64,000 bases of DNA from Trichosphaerium sp. ATCC 40318 (GCA_038496445.1 JALMLS010000050.1:23046-87045); one strand, 5' to 3'; numbered from the stretch's first letter, positions 14,481 to 27,593 are shown. The notes: a model not told the origin generated them from the sequence alone. Numbers and translations: made by a program.

Positions 14481-15480
14481 TGTGGTGGAAGATAAATATG
14501 GGTGTAACTCACAACTTTTACTTCACGGAACAGGAGAAAAAAACGGTCCACCAAGCAAAAAAGCATACTATTGTTTATTGTCCATGTCATACAAGTTAGA
14601 AGATTTTTTGCCAGTTCATATTTCTCCGGAAAACTTGCAAGTTGCAAATTTTATCAAACCTTGCACGACTTTGCGAGATTGTTTATGAGTGTAGCACTGC
14701 ACTAGAGTACACACGCTAACCTGTTGAAGTATCCTTATAGAGTACAGTGTGATGTAGGTCCAGAAAGTCACGTGCTCATTACTGATTGTGAGTTACTTCT
14801 TGAAATAGCGTTATTTCAGGGCAACTTCAATGGATAGATTTGAAGTTTTCTGGAATGTAGACTTGAAGAATGAAGAAATAATTTTTGACAGTCTAAAATC
14901 TGGTCGAATTACAAAGTTGTCCTATGATGGAGTCGGTTAGTTTTTGCTTATTATTTTGCCTCCGATGCTTACTACAATACGAGCAAAGTGCTTTAGAGTA
15001 ATTTCACATGTCAGGTTTCATGTAAAACAAGGACATCTTTTGTTGTACTTCTTGAAATGGTACGGTAATTGGCTGTTTTACAGGACTTTGCGTTACCAAT
15101 CGCCCCTAAGAAAACTCATAATTTTATGCTCCTACAAACTTTTCTTTTTAGCCATCATTTGCTTTGTAGTTATCTGTGGGCGTAAGGTATTCATTACAAA
15201 AGTTCTTAGCCAAATAAAAATATCCCAGGTTTAAATGAAAGTCGACATGTAATAAAGTTAATAAAACCATAATTCTCCTTACCTCGTACCTGTAGCAACT
15301 CATCTTATAACCGTAGCTAAGTTAGTCGACATAGTCGAACGGATGAAAACTAATTGAAAAAACAAAATGTATGCGCTTTCTTTGTTAAAATAGTTTATTA
15401 TGAAACACGTGCAAAAGAGTTTCTCCATTGTATTGTTCGCACGTAACAAGTCAATCATCGAGACCTTGCTGTGCGTAAAA

Positions 15481-15933
15481 TTAAGCATAGGTAGGTTGTC
15501 TCTTCTTGCGAGCACAAAGTACACATCCAACAATACATCCAATACAACAGCCCAAAAGAGCGATACCGGCTAACAAACAGTCACGTGGGAACATGAAACA
15601 AAAAAGAAAGGAAAAGGGAAAAAACGTACCAACGATAGCAACGGGTAGTACCCATTTCTTCAGACATGCTGAGCCAACGGCTTGACCCATACAACATCCT
15701 GCCATTATACCAGCGTCTTTATTTATCCAACTACCACTGCATGTACAGCAAAAATCAAAACCACCGTACGACATAAACACTTCTTTTGGATCAGGACAAC
15801 TTGTGGCTTGAGTTTTTTCACAGTTTATGCCATAAGTATCTGGTCCTGACGACATTAGTTTTGTCTCTGCAAGGAATGTAGAGGCACATAGGCATGCGAA
15901 AGATAGTATTAGGACGAGAGTAGTTGCTGTCAT
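15481..15933 (-). CDS. Small Cys-rich single-pass membrane protein, paralog B (one intron)
   Basis: Same architecture and intron position as 14025-14480; shares upstream GATAAATATGGGTGTAACTCACAACTTT and downstream flank. Confidence 0.85.
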   Translation of the reverse strand: MTATTLVLILSFACLCASTFLAETKLMSSGPDTYGINCEKTQATSCPDPKEVFMSYGGFDFCCTCSGSWINKDAGIMAGCCMGQAVGSACLKKWVLPVAIVGTFFPFSFLFCFMFPRDCLLAGIALLGCCIGCIVGCVLCARKKRQPTYA

Positions 15934-16772
15934 TGTGTTGGAAGATGATAAATATGGGTGTAACTCACAACTTTTACTTCACAGAAATCCCAGATTTTAA
16001 CGACCGAGGAAGCGATTCTCGCGAAAATTCAAGCTAGCGCGTGCCTACTAACTATCGGATATCCGTTTACATTGTTAAAAGGTGCTGATTGTACGCTAGA
16101 TCTTTTTTTTTAACTTCAAGGGTTTCGAGAATCCTACTAACTGTATACCACCAAAACCTGTTGGTAACACGTGACAAATGGTTTTCTTCAGTGGTATTAG
16201 ATCGTGCACCACTAGCTTATGAAGAAGTGACTTCTCGCCATTTGTCGTGACAATTGTTTCTTGTTACGCTCATATTGCTGTGAAATATCTATTGCGTTCT
16301 AGCGTGCAGTTTCGCAGGTATTCGTGCAGCGAAACGCTAGGGATCATAAAAATAACATACTACGGTGTAGAGGAGTTACGTTTGTTTGAAACGATGAGTA
16401 TTGCGACACAGAATGAGAAACAATCAGAAGAGTATGATCAATTAAAAAAGTGATTTATCTGAACATTTATTCGAAACCTCATCAACACCGTTATGTATCT
16501 ATCAAAATAACGCAATATTAAGAAGGTCACATACTCTACATACTATAACCTTGCTATTGTAGTTCTATAACAGCTGTCGGGACAAAGGCACCTTCCGGTT
16601 AAATACCATCTGCTTGTGAATAGGAGAAATAACAGACGTCACTAAAGATAAGGGAGATTATAGTTTCTCAAAGTTGGTGATCTGTTACCATCAACACTAC
16701 AAGACGTTCAAACATTTGTTATGCTTTTCAAGCAATGAAAGAATGTATGAAAGCCGAAAATAATTCAATTTC

Positions 16773-17360
16773 TTAGCTGAAGACGTTGTATTTACAATTG
16801 TTGGTGCTATTTGTTGATGGATTTAGTGTTGTGGGAGGTAGCGTGTTGTTGTAGGATGAAGCGTTGTAGGAGAAGCTGTACTTGGTGGAGCCGTGAATGA
16901 AAACTCTGTTTGGTATAAGTTGATTTCCGAGAGCTTGTGGGCATACAAAACTAGAAAACAAAATGAGCAATGTAGGTATGAATAAGTGCGTACTGACGTG
17001 AATGATGTAATATTGAAACCAATACTAGTAGGTGATACAATGTAATTTGTGACGGAAGAGAAAATCCTACAAGGAGATAGGAAAAGAGGCAGTGTTGTTG
17101 CAGAAAAAACAACAATCAACAAAAAGTTTGTGGAATGATCATGCATGGTGTTGATTCTCGAAGTCAATTATAGAAGCCACCGATTGATTCAAAGTATTTA
17201 TAGAATGTATTCCTGTAGTACGCGAATATGCACAGGTATCGCCTTACCCTGGATGGGTAGTAATGACCATCTAAAACGTGGAATATCGCCAGTCTTTTTT
17301 GATAATATTGGTCAAGCCTCAATGCCGTTACTTCAAGGCCATTCAGGACAACAATACTAG
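16773..17360 (-). pseudogene. Possible frameshifted relic of a Thr/Pro-stalk surface protein
   Basis: TAPPSTASPTTLHPTTT switches frame to TLPPTTLNPST; stalk resembles TTLPPTT of the adjacent gene; no complete ORF. Confidence 0.3.
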
Positions 17361-17495
17361 AAAATGAAAAGTGAGTGTAACCGTGCGCAAGAAATTAATG
17401 GCTATGTAATGAAAAAGTGTTAATTTGCGGCAAGTAACAGCAGGAATTGGTTTTTTTATCTCATGATTTTTTTATTTTATTTTACTAGTACAAAT

Positions 17496-19919
17496 TTAAT
17501 CTTCTTGGTCTATAGCAGCTGATAGTCGTGGATCTTGTCCACTTTCCATCATTTTTACAAGCTTTTTTTGAGAATCACTATGAAGCTTCTTCTTTACTAC
17601 AACACCAACAATGATAGCAACGATAACGATAATTATTACGACAGCAACAATGATTGCAGCATACCATGTTTGAAAACCAGATGAGCTAGAAGTATCACAT
17701 GTGTTCTCAAATGAAATAAAAACAACAAAACTCTTCTCTCTATATTGTTGTCGTGCCGTTGCCTTTTCACAACTTACTCCATCGTGCCTTAAAATCAAGG
17801 TGTTAGAAAACCAAAAAAAGAAAAAAAGTTTGACACGATTAATTGATTTCAAACTCAAATACACGAGTCACGTGGTAAAAAATTTTGTGAAAGTTAGTTC
17901 TTGTAACCGTAAAACAAAATAGAATTGTTCTTTTGTTTTGATGTCGTACACATTGAGTGTAAGGTCATCGAATTCCGAGTTATCGTAACATTCATAATGA
18001 GCTATTTCTATTACTGTATCATTTCTTTGTATCTTTAAAACCAGTTCTCCGTCAAATGAAGCACATCCTTTAAGAAACGTATTAATTAACAACTACAGGT
18101 ATTGCTTATCTATTTTTTATTCGCACCTCTAATATGTAATGTCCCACCTCCATCTATTGTGAGTGTATTGTTTGTAACAAAGTCACCTACATTTGGTTAA
18201 AAAAAGTAAGAAAATAACAAGAAACAAAAGCTAAAACTCAGGTGTACTAACCATTCACTATTATGTCGTGTAGAACAGTGAAAGGTTCTTCTATGACCAC
18301 TGAATTTTGAAAAACCCAAACACCACCAACACAATCACTATTAGGTACAGGCGGTTCTGGACAAGGTATAGACGTTGGTTCAGCAGTTGGAGCTTCTGTG
18401 GGTTCTGCTGTTGGACTTGAAGTCGTTGGTGCTTCAGTGACCGGTGGATCTGTAACCGGTGGTGCTGTGGTTGGCGGTAACGTAGTAGGTGGTGCTGTAG
18501 GCGGTACTGGAGGGAGCTAAGCAAATAAGTATGGCGGGCACTTTGAGGGTTTTTTATCTTTTCTTACGTTAGTTGGTGTCCATACAACAAGCGGTCCTAG
18601 ATCGAGAGATTGATCGAATTCTTGTGCATTTGTTAAGTCTTTCTCAATTGAATAAATACCAAAGCCTTCATCCCAGAAATATATTAATGGACTAATGTGA
18701 TCAACTGAGATGCTTTTTGGGCTATCAAATCCGGAAGTTGATATTATTGATCCATCAGCTACATTGTATCGCATTATTGTACCATTATTGGGTAGCGCAA
18801 GATACAACAGCTTCGATGTTGAGTCTAAAGAAATACTAGCGCTGCTTGCATCTGATTGTTTGGTTAAGGTTTTGAAGTCAGACTTTTTTTGGCGCTTACC
18901 TGTGAATATTGTTTCTCTTGATGATATACCTACTGTTACATCAAGTCTAAAGACATCCGAGCTGTCAGAAGTCACAAAATACAACCAATCACTAAATTTA
19001 TCCTTTGACATGGCTATAAAACGTTGGTAAGCATCAATACAAACGAAAGAATAGAGGAAGAAAAGTTTAGTTTTGGTATGAAAAGGGCGGAAAAATTCCA
19101 ATCACTTTTCTTCCGTTGTAATGCCACTCCGTTGTCTAAGAAGCTTACCCCTTCGACTTTCAAAAAAAAAAACTATCTTAAAGGAGTGACGTGTTTGTGA
19201 ATTGTTTTTAAAGAATACTTACAGATAACATTAGGTATGAGAGCAATCGTTGTGCTTGTTCCTTCGCAGTCACTGAAGCCTATCCTGTATATCCTTGTAG
19301 AAGACGCATAATATAATAGCTTATCCTCATCATCGGCATCCACTGCGTTTAAGATACTTATGTCCCTGGAAGCGAAAGTATAAGGATTATTCTCTTGTCC
19401 ATCGTAATCAATACTAACAAAATTCTGTAAGCAAAAAAACAAATTTATCACGTGATAAAAAAGAAGCAAAAGCTCGAACAGCCTTATTTGGGCGAACAAT
19501 TATAAATGGACCTGAAACAACAATACCGTACTACGGAGTAGAAAATTCTCCTTAACCACCCTTGTTTTGCTTTACGTACCAGTACAGCACATCAGAACTC
19601 GAACCAGGTTTGCTCAACGCTAAAAAAAGTCTGTAATTATATCTGTTAACCGACACATCAGCAATAGAGTCCCCTGCGTTCTCATTTAGATCTAGCCAAT
19701 CATACGTGTATGCCTTTGGATCTATGGGAACCATTGATCGCATGTCCGAAATACCTTCTGCTCGCGTGTACGAAATGGATTGTTGTGCCTGCCTCAGATA
19801 AAACTTTATTTAGCATGTTTTCAAAAAGAATTACAAGTAAAAAAAAAAATTAACTAAAATCGCACCCATGTTGCGGTAACGGAAAGTAATAAAAATGCGA
19901 ATAGACTGGCTGTATACAT
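17496..19919 (-). CDS. Type I membrane protein with LDL-receptor class B (YWTD-like) beta-propeller, Pro/Thr stalk and Cys-containing juxtamembrane domain
   Basis: Signal peptide MYTASLFAFLLLSVTATW; propeller blades AVDADDEDKLLYYAS, SLDSTSKLLYLALPNNGTIMRYN, DSPKSISVDHISPLIYFWD; stalk PPTAPPTTLPPTTAPP; TM WYAAIIVAVVIIIVIVAIIVGVVV followed by KKK. Confidence 0.8.
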
Positions 19920-20818
19920 GAACTACCAAAAAGTCAATTCAAGGAGACTTTACTGCAAACGTGTTGTGTTCACAAGCGTAAATAGAAGCAAACAAAATGT
20001 AAGTTCCAAACAAGCCAGAATCGGATTGACTTTGTACAATAAAGGGACGATACAAACTGTGAGTTTTACTTTTAGTGGGCCTAATACCCATATGACTGAT
20101 CTCATACTTAAAATCAAAGTACTATCTCGAAGAATTATGAATTTTTTGTGAATTTCAGACAGTCCGAAGATCTACAAACCCTACGAGGGTTGAAATAAGT
20201 TATAGCGTGCGGTTGATCGAGAGACTGCTATATTCTGTTTTTACTTATTTTGTACACTTTCCTTATTTCCTATGAAGCCAACAACATCCTCGAAGGCCCT
20301 CTAGGTTGTCGCCAATCGTTTTATTAACAAATCAAGCTTCCGAAAGCAAATCTAGCTATGTCACGCGTATAATTATCCGCCCGTAAAGGTATGAGGTTGT
20401 TTTAACAACTCGCAAACTCTTCACGAGTTCTGAACAGTTATTTGGTCAATTTCATGCCAGATGATGGCGGTTTTATCAAGGCGAGGTAACTCAGTGCCAA
20501 AGCACCGCCCGCGCTCGCATAGAGTATTACCACACGCGGATTGATAAAATAACCAATGATCTTCAATGAAACCACGCATGGCGTTCAGCACAGCCTAAAC
20601 AGGTTTCTCGTCCTAAAATCACGTGACCGTACTTATTTTAACCTAAGTAAAACAAAGTAGCAATAATTGGTGTACTTACGTTTATGTAACGAAGGATTTG
20701 CCTTTAACCACGTTTGCGGGTCAAAAATGGATTGATACAGTTCACATGTGCTTTTTACTTTTTTTTTTCATTTCTACTGCATTTTTCATGCGTGTGACAC
20801 TTGAAGAACGCCAAAACA

Positions 20819-23800
20819 ATGGAAGTAAATAAGTTTACGCTACTTGGTGGTCCTCTAACCGGTAAATCGTATGCGTAATTTACCCTTTTTACTTCATCTC
20901 AAGTACTAATTTTCTGTTTTCTAAAAAGAGCTTTGGTTGAAAGGGTAAGAATATAAAGGGAAAAAGAAAACGTTTCACTCTTTCTGTCACGTTTTGTATT
21001 TTGTGACTTTGTTTATATCTTTAGTTGGTCAATAATACGTATACAGATCAATGGACTCAAACATTTGAAGGCGCGTTAATGTATATATAAGTATTTTAAA
21101 ACTTTTTCTAGATCATTTTCGTCATCCACTTGTTATTGGTGGTATAATTAATGTCATTGATATCACAGGTAACTTCTCTGTTCTTTTTTATTATTTCGTC
21201 CCGTACAATTGTAATAATTTATTACAGATGTTAGTGGTGATGCTGACGCACGTGCGCACATGGAAGGTGTTATAAGGCACGTGAAAATGGACCTCGACGC
21301 CAAAACCAAAAAAAAAAACTACCAAACATTCCGAATATATTTTCTTTTGCACTGCTTTCTCTCATTGTTTGTCTTTAGGGATAACTGGGCTTTCTTGTTA
21401 GTTTTCTCAGTTAAGGATAGAGACGGGTATGAATTGGTAAGTACACAATTTGAGTTGCCGTACTTGGTGTATCTAACCAAACAAACATTAAGATGATTCC
21501 ATATCATGACAAGTTGAAGGCTATCAAAGGTGACTTTCTTGAGGCGTCACTTTTCAATAAGGATTAAAATGAGATCTTTTTAGGACCTGCTGGGTTTAAA
21601 GTAGTTCTTGTTGGGACTATGAGTGATAGTAAAGATAGATGTATTACAACAGCTGAAGGAGAGAAAATTGCAGGGTTTGTGTGCTTTCAAATAACGCGTA
21701 TTTTTGGTGATCTTTCTTAGATATATGAAGTGTGATTATATTGAGACGTCTGCTAAGGGTGATGTTAATGTATCTACACCTTTTATAAATCTTGCAAAGC
21801 AACTTGAAGGATGGGAAATACCAAAAAGAAAAAACGCCCAAAAAAAAAGAAAAAAAGTAAAACATACTGTAAAAAACTTTACCGTACGTGATATGAGCCC
21901 ACGTGATTATAATTTTTGATTTTGATTTTTTGTAAGTATTAATTTTTGTTCACGTGATATTTTAGAAACCTGTTCATCGTAAACGAAAGCAACCTAAAAG
22001 AGCGAAACCATTGGCAAGAAAAGGTGTAAAACAAAGAAAGAAAAAAGGCTTTTTGAAAATATCTTTCTCAAAAAGAAAGCGCCGAAAAGATAATCCAATA
22101 ACAAGAGCAGAGTTAATGCTACCAAAACGTAGACAAGGACGTCATATAGCTTCTCAAGGTAAGTAAGAAACAATAGATACAGATACAGCTCAAAGATTTT
22201 CATCTCAAAAGAGATGAAAATAAAAAGAAATAGGGTTAACTTTCTTCTATGATTTTGGCACTTACACTTATTTAGGTATTGCATTGATACTACTTGGTAT
22301 GGGCTTAAATCCTTTGGGAATGGGTTCAGGTGAAAACAAGCAACCAGAAAGAAATTACAACACGTGAGGGTTCCTCCTTCTTTTAAACGAATTTTATCAT
22401 TACTTCTTACAATAATATAGAGCTCCTACGCCGCGCAAGCCACGGAAGTCTGTCAAAGAGACGTTCCCTTCTCCTAAGCTAAGAAAATTATCAAGGACAA
22501 ACACACAGCCAGCAATGCCAACCGTAAGTAAAGATAAGCCACTCTGGCTTTAACTAAAGTACTCTATTATTAGATGCTCAACTCAAGTTACCGAAATACA
22601 CGAATTGCCAGTATAAAAAGAAGAAAACATAGTAGCGCCAGAGGACATCGAAGAAATATGACCGAAGGTGTCTCATCGCAAGCAATAAAGAGGAATAGTC
22701 CTGTAGGCGTTGGTGGAGGCGATTTCTTGTCGGTGGGAACAAGACCACGAGCAAGTACGTGTCATGTTGTTTGTGCAGCCATTTTTCGATTGTAACACGT
22801 GTTAGCGAGTAAATCTAGGTTTGTGCCTCCACCGGACAGAAGAGCACTTATTGCTGCTATCACTGCAGAATTAATGTCTCCTCTCGTTGATTCATACTCA
22901 GAAGAGTCTTATACAGACGATGAGTACTCATACTCTGATGAAGAATACACTGACGAGTCCGAAGGTAACTGAAAATTATTTGCCATCCTGTTTTCCATTT
23001 GCCACTATTTCGATTAGTTTGCCCCTAATCAATGTTACTAGATATAAGTGCAGAAAACTCTTCTTTAAGTATGGAAAACGCGTCACAATCTTTGAAATCA
23101 GCCCCTTCAAGAATAGTTTCTCCAACACCTCGTGCATCTTCTCCCTTGGCTTCTTCTTTCTCTGCGCCAAGAATTGCAATCAAACATTCCTCACCACTAT
23201 CAGCTACACAACCACGTGTTGAGATCCGTAGACCTTCTGCAACAAGTGGAGACTTACCACCGCGCTTGCCAACGAGACCAAGTTTTGGAACACCACCTCC
23301 ATCTCCTAAAACAGCTCATAGATTTATAAACCCTCAACCTGCTGTCTTATCGCCAACTCCAAAAAGACCATCTCCTTATGGTAGGCCGTCTCTTAGGATG
23401 CCTACAAGTCGTTCTCCATCACCACCTGGAACCAGCCCAACGCCGAGCAGATCTCCTTCACCAACAGCAACCTTAACCACTTTGAGTACTTCACCTTATG
23501 GAAGTAGATCACCTTCGCCTCCGACAAGTCCTCTAGCAGTACCAATGAATGGGAGTAGGTCGCCCTCACCACCATCTCCTGTGTTACCTCGGGTTAATGG
23601 ACATGAGCAACCAGTATCCCATAAATACTCTGTGAATGGAGGAAGGAAACCAAGTACTGTCATCACGCCGGCGTATGATTCCTTTAATTTATATTAAAAA
23701 ACTGTATTTAACACTTCTTAGTCCGCCATCTCGAAAAAGCCAACAGCCCTCACTTACACCAAATCAAGGAATGTTGGCACGAGAAAAAGGAGAAAAAGGT

Positions 23801-25337
23801 AAATCTCGAACCCACAGCATGATATCACGTGCTATGACGCAAACAATGTATAAACCCTTTATTTTTAGAACGGCTAAAACGGATGTCTACAGTTTTAAAG
23901 AACAGAAATAGTGCATTACCTTACAAAGAGCTTGAAGCTCTTGTAGAAGTTCGTGAAGAGTCTACAGGAGAGATAATAAAGAAAGGAAGATGTACGAGTT
24001 TTAATAATTCTGGTATTGTTCAACAAGGATCTTACACTTGCGTAGGGCGTGGTATACTAGTAGTGGGCAAGATTTTGACTTCCTTTTTTTTCACGGTTGC
24101 TCACTTTTACTTTGCAGTTAAGCGGTTCGCTGGATTTCTTGATGGCGTTTCTCCGAGGCAAGAAAAGAATAGTTTGACACAGTTCAAAAGAGAATCAGCA
24201 TTTTTAAAATCCTTGAAAGGCCACACGAACTTACACATGGTACATAGTTTCATGAGTTAACCAAATTTTTCTAATGTTTTTTTGAAAGTTTGTTGGCGCA
24301 TGCATGCCTCCTGATCCGTTGTGTATCGTTATGGAGTTTTGCAATACAACACTAGTAGGTCACATGACAAAAAGAAGCACATTTTCTCCAGGTCATATTA
24401 TTGGAATTCTCAAAGGGATTTGCGCTGGTACAAATTGTTCTCATGTGGCATTTTTTATTTATTTTTTTTAGGAATGCTTCATTTGTCCTATGAGGACCTT
24501 ATTCATGTCAACCTTGGTAAAGTTCAAGAAGCTTTACCTTGTTTTCTTATTGTTAATAGCTGCACGAAATATTCTTATTGATGGCGGTGGTGTACCTAAA
24601 ATAACTGGGTTTTGTACGAGGAATCAAAGCAAAAAAACAGTTCTAAGTTTTCTTTACCACTAGCATTCCTTCGTAGAAAAAACGAAGATTTTTCAAATAC
24701 ACAAGCAAGGAAACCTATATTATTAAAGTGGTTACCACCAGAAGCACTAAGCAAAAAAAACTATTCTCTCAAAACAGGTATGCAAATCAAGAATCTTCTT
24801 TGTTTTTTTCAACAAGTTCAAAAACTTCAAGACTTGTTCAGTACCACTCACTTCGTAAGATTAATGCTGTTTTAGATATTTGGTCTTTTGGTGTTGTACG
24901 TTTTTGCTTGTTTGTTACTTGGCTCAAAAAACTTTGAGAGCTTCCCACACAAGAACTAAACTATGTAATGTAGGTACTTTATGAAATTTTTTGTGGCAGC
25001 GAGCCTTACCCTGCACTCAGCTCATCAAGGGCACGTGATAAAGTTTCCTTAACTTTTAAAAATCTGACACTTTACAGGCTGCAGAACTGGTTGAAAGTAA
25101 TAGTTTGAGACCATACATACCACCCATCTCTGGAGTAAGCAAAAACCTCTTTTTCAACTCGTTTATGTATACTTTGTTTTTGTTGACTTTTTTGTCTTAA
25201 AGGTTTCAGATATAATGAGAAGTTGTTTGGATTATGATCCACTCAAAAGACCTTCATTTGGAAATATACAAAACCAACTTGATAACTTGATACCAGAAAA
25301 TATACCAAAGCGTGTGGTCAGAGATCCAACATCATAA
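20819..25337 (+). CDS. Fusion protein: atypical Ras-family GTPase, basic/Ser-Pro linker and tyrosine-kinase-like pseudokinase
   Basis: G1 GGPLTGKS, switch I QTFED, G3 DVSGD, G4 GTMSD, G5 ETSAK. An intron at ~21884-21965 joins the GTPase in frame to KPVHRKRKQPKRAK... Kinase fold: VVKRF, FKRESAFLKSL, FVGACMPPDPLCIVMEF, HVNLAARNILI, KITGFS, KWLPPEAL, DIWSFGVVLYEI, CLDYDPLKRPSF. Confidence 0.8.
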
Positions 25338-25597
25338 TAAAAATTTGTATCATAAAAAAATTAAATGCGTTGATGGAGAATGTCTGTACCTCAAAATACA
25401 AACATGCGGTTCCAAAAAGTGATCCATTACTATTTTGGAATCACTGGATTACTATTTGGGATCGCCCCTGATTTCACACTTTAATTGTACGACTGAGCGC
25501 GAAAAGCGTGCTCTTGCTTAATTCGACGTATTAAGTCCGCTATTACTGTTGCACTTTGCGTAAACTCACAGGAATAAGTTGCAACACAGCTGCAACT

Positions 25598-27354
25598 ATG
25601 ATAAGGTCCCTACTAGCTTTATTATGTATCTTTTCAGTAGCGATTGCAACAGACGTACCCTCAAGTATTGATTCAGAGACTGTGCGTGTACTCTTAGCGT
25701 ATAAACGATATAAACTAACAGTTTTGATGTATGTAGTGGACAGAACAAAATAGCCCGTACAATGTGTATGGTACTACTGTTACACAGCGATTGATTATAA
25801 AACCAGGAGTTAAGGTTATTTGTCAGTATTACAAGGTAAACATTTGTTTATTTTGCGCAATGTCCAATGTTAGATTGAACCAAAACGTTGCTGGCGTGCT
25901 ATTCACCCACTTATCACAGTTTTTTGATCATCTACTTTTTTGTTATGTTTATTGACAATGGTACCACTATAAAATTAAAAAACAAGCCTGGCGGTAACTC
26001 CTCTGAACAAATTGTAAAGGAGTAATTCCAAAAAAAAACCAACAATATTTCCTGTTTTCTTCTTCTTTTTTGAGCCGCACATTTTTTTGTAACAACGTTT
26101 ATACCACATAAAGAGATAAGTCTTTATCTTTTCATACACTTGTTTCTAAGTATAAAGTAGTGTCTAGATATACAAGATGGTGGGCTCGTAGAATTTCAAG
26201 GCACAGCAGAAAAACCAATAACTTTCCAGGTATGTGCACTTAAAAACTTATTCATTGTTTTGGAATCTACCTAAATTACAGATAATGGGTAAAAGCTATT
26301 CAAAAATTGATGCAACGGAGGCTAGTGTTCAACTTATAGCTAATCATACTCGTTTTTTTGGGATTCAAATCAAGGGAAAGTACGAAAAAACACATTCCAC
26401 AAGTTTCTTGTTAACTTTTTGGTTTTTGTCAGTTACTATAACAGCCAATTTAAAGATTGCTTGTTTCGGGATAGTAAAGCTGCTTTGTCTTCAGGAGCTG
26501 TATATAACTCATTGTTTATCAATAATGACGTTGCAGGAGAAAAGATACAGGCCCATTCATCTTTTTTCATTGCCAACAAAGTTGGAGTAAGCAATTCAGC
26601 GATATTCAACTCCTACTTTGCAAACAATACTGCAGCAGTTACAGACTCAACTATGTACAACTCTGTGCTAGAACACAATAAGGTACCTTGATATACTTGT
26701 TGATAATAAATCCTTTCTGACACAATTAGGTTGCTTTAAAAAGCGGCGATACTGAAAAGCAGATTACTCATAATACTTTTCGAAACAATATCAAAAGTGC
26801 TGTATTAAGTCAGGATTCGTTTCGAGAAAATACAATCATTGGAGAGGATGGTTTTGGTGGCATTTATATGGCACCTAATAATGGTTATTCTATTGATATT
26901 GTAAACAACTACTTTGGCGGTATACCCGTATGGAAAGTATTCAAAGAGTGCGTTTTCTACTTTTCACTGAAAAAATGCAATTTGTCTTTTAACGTTCCTT
27001 CGTCTTAGCTTGATACACGACTCCAGAAATGATCCTGATGCTACAACACAATTCCTAGTAATGCCAATTTTGGATACAGTAGAGCCAACAACTCCACCAG
27101 TCTTAACATCAAAGTATTTGATGGATATTGTTGATGGTTTCACTACAGGCAATTACAAAAGTAAAAAAACTGATCTTCAAAAAGCAACTGGAGATTTACA
27201 TACACTAGCCATTGTTGCTATTGCATGTACTACAATCATAGGTAATATTTTTCTTTGCATAGTTGCTACTGTTATTTTCAGAATATACAACAAAAGAGCA
27301 AGTAAAAAGCACACAGAATACAGCCGTGTTGATACTTTCCCTCCTGAGCACTAA
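25598..27354 (+). CDS. Type I membrane protein with right-handed parallel beta-helix repeats
   Basis: Signal peptide MIRSLLALLCIFSVAIA; WTEQNSPYNV..LIIKPGVKV, FQGTAEKPITF; Asn-ladder repeats (YNSLFINN, FNSYFANN, YNSVLEHN, HNTFRNN); TM LAIVAIACTTIIGNIFLCIVATVIF. Confidence 0.75.
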
Positions 27355-27593
27355 ATAATAAAAACAAAGTTCCACCAAAAACCAAAGCATTTGTTAGTTT
27401 TCTCAGTTTACCACGATAATCAAATCAACATTATCGGTAGGAAGATTCCTACTTTCAGTGGAAGACAAACCTCTTGCAACTAATACATTCTGGTTGTCAA
27501 CAATGTAGTAAGTGTCATACGACATGCACCTTAGGAGGGCGTTTTTCTTTCTTACAACTTTCGCATTTCTTTCTGAACAGCAAGTACTTTTAT

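Noticed and set aside
14830-14935. Exon-like stretch MDRFEVFWNVDLKNEEIIFDSLKSG between the tandem paralogs
   Set aside because: Could not extend it into a consistent gene model and no motif was recognised.
20819-25337. Roco/LRRK-type protein
   Set aside because: No COR domain or LRRs; the linker is low-complexity.
25421-25465. Short direct repeat ATTACTATTT(T)GG(A/G)ATC x2
   Set aside because: Two short AT-rich copies only; no evidence of function.
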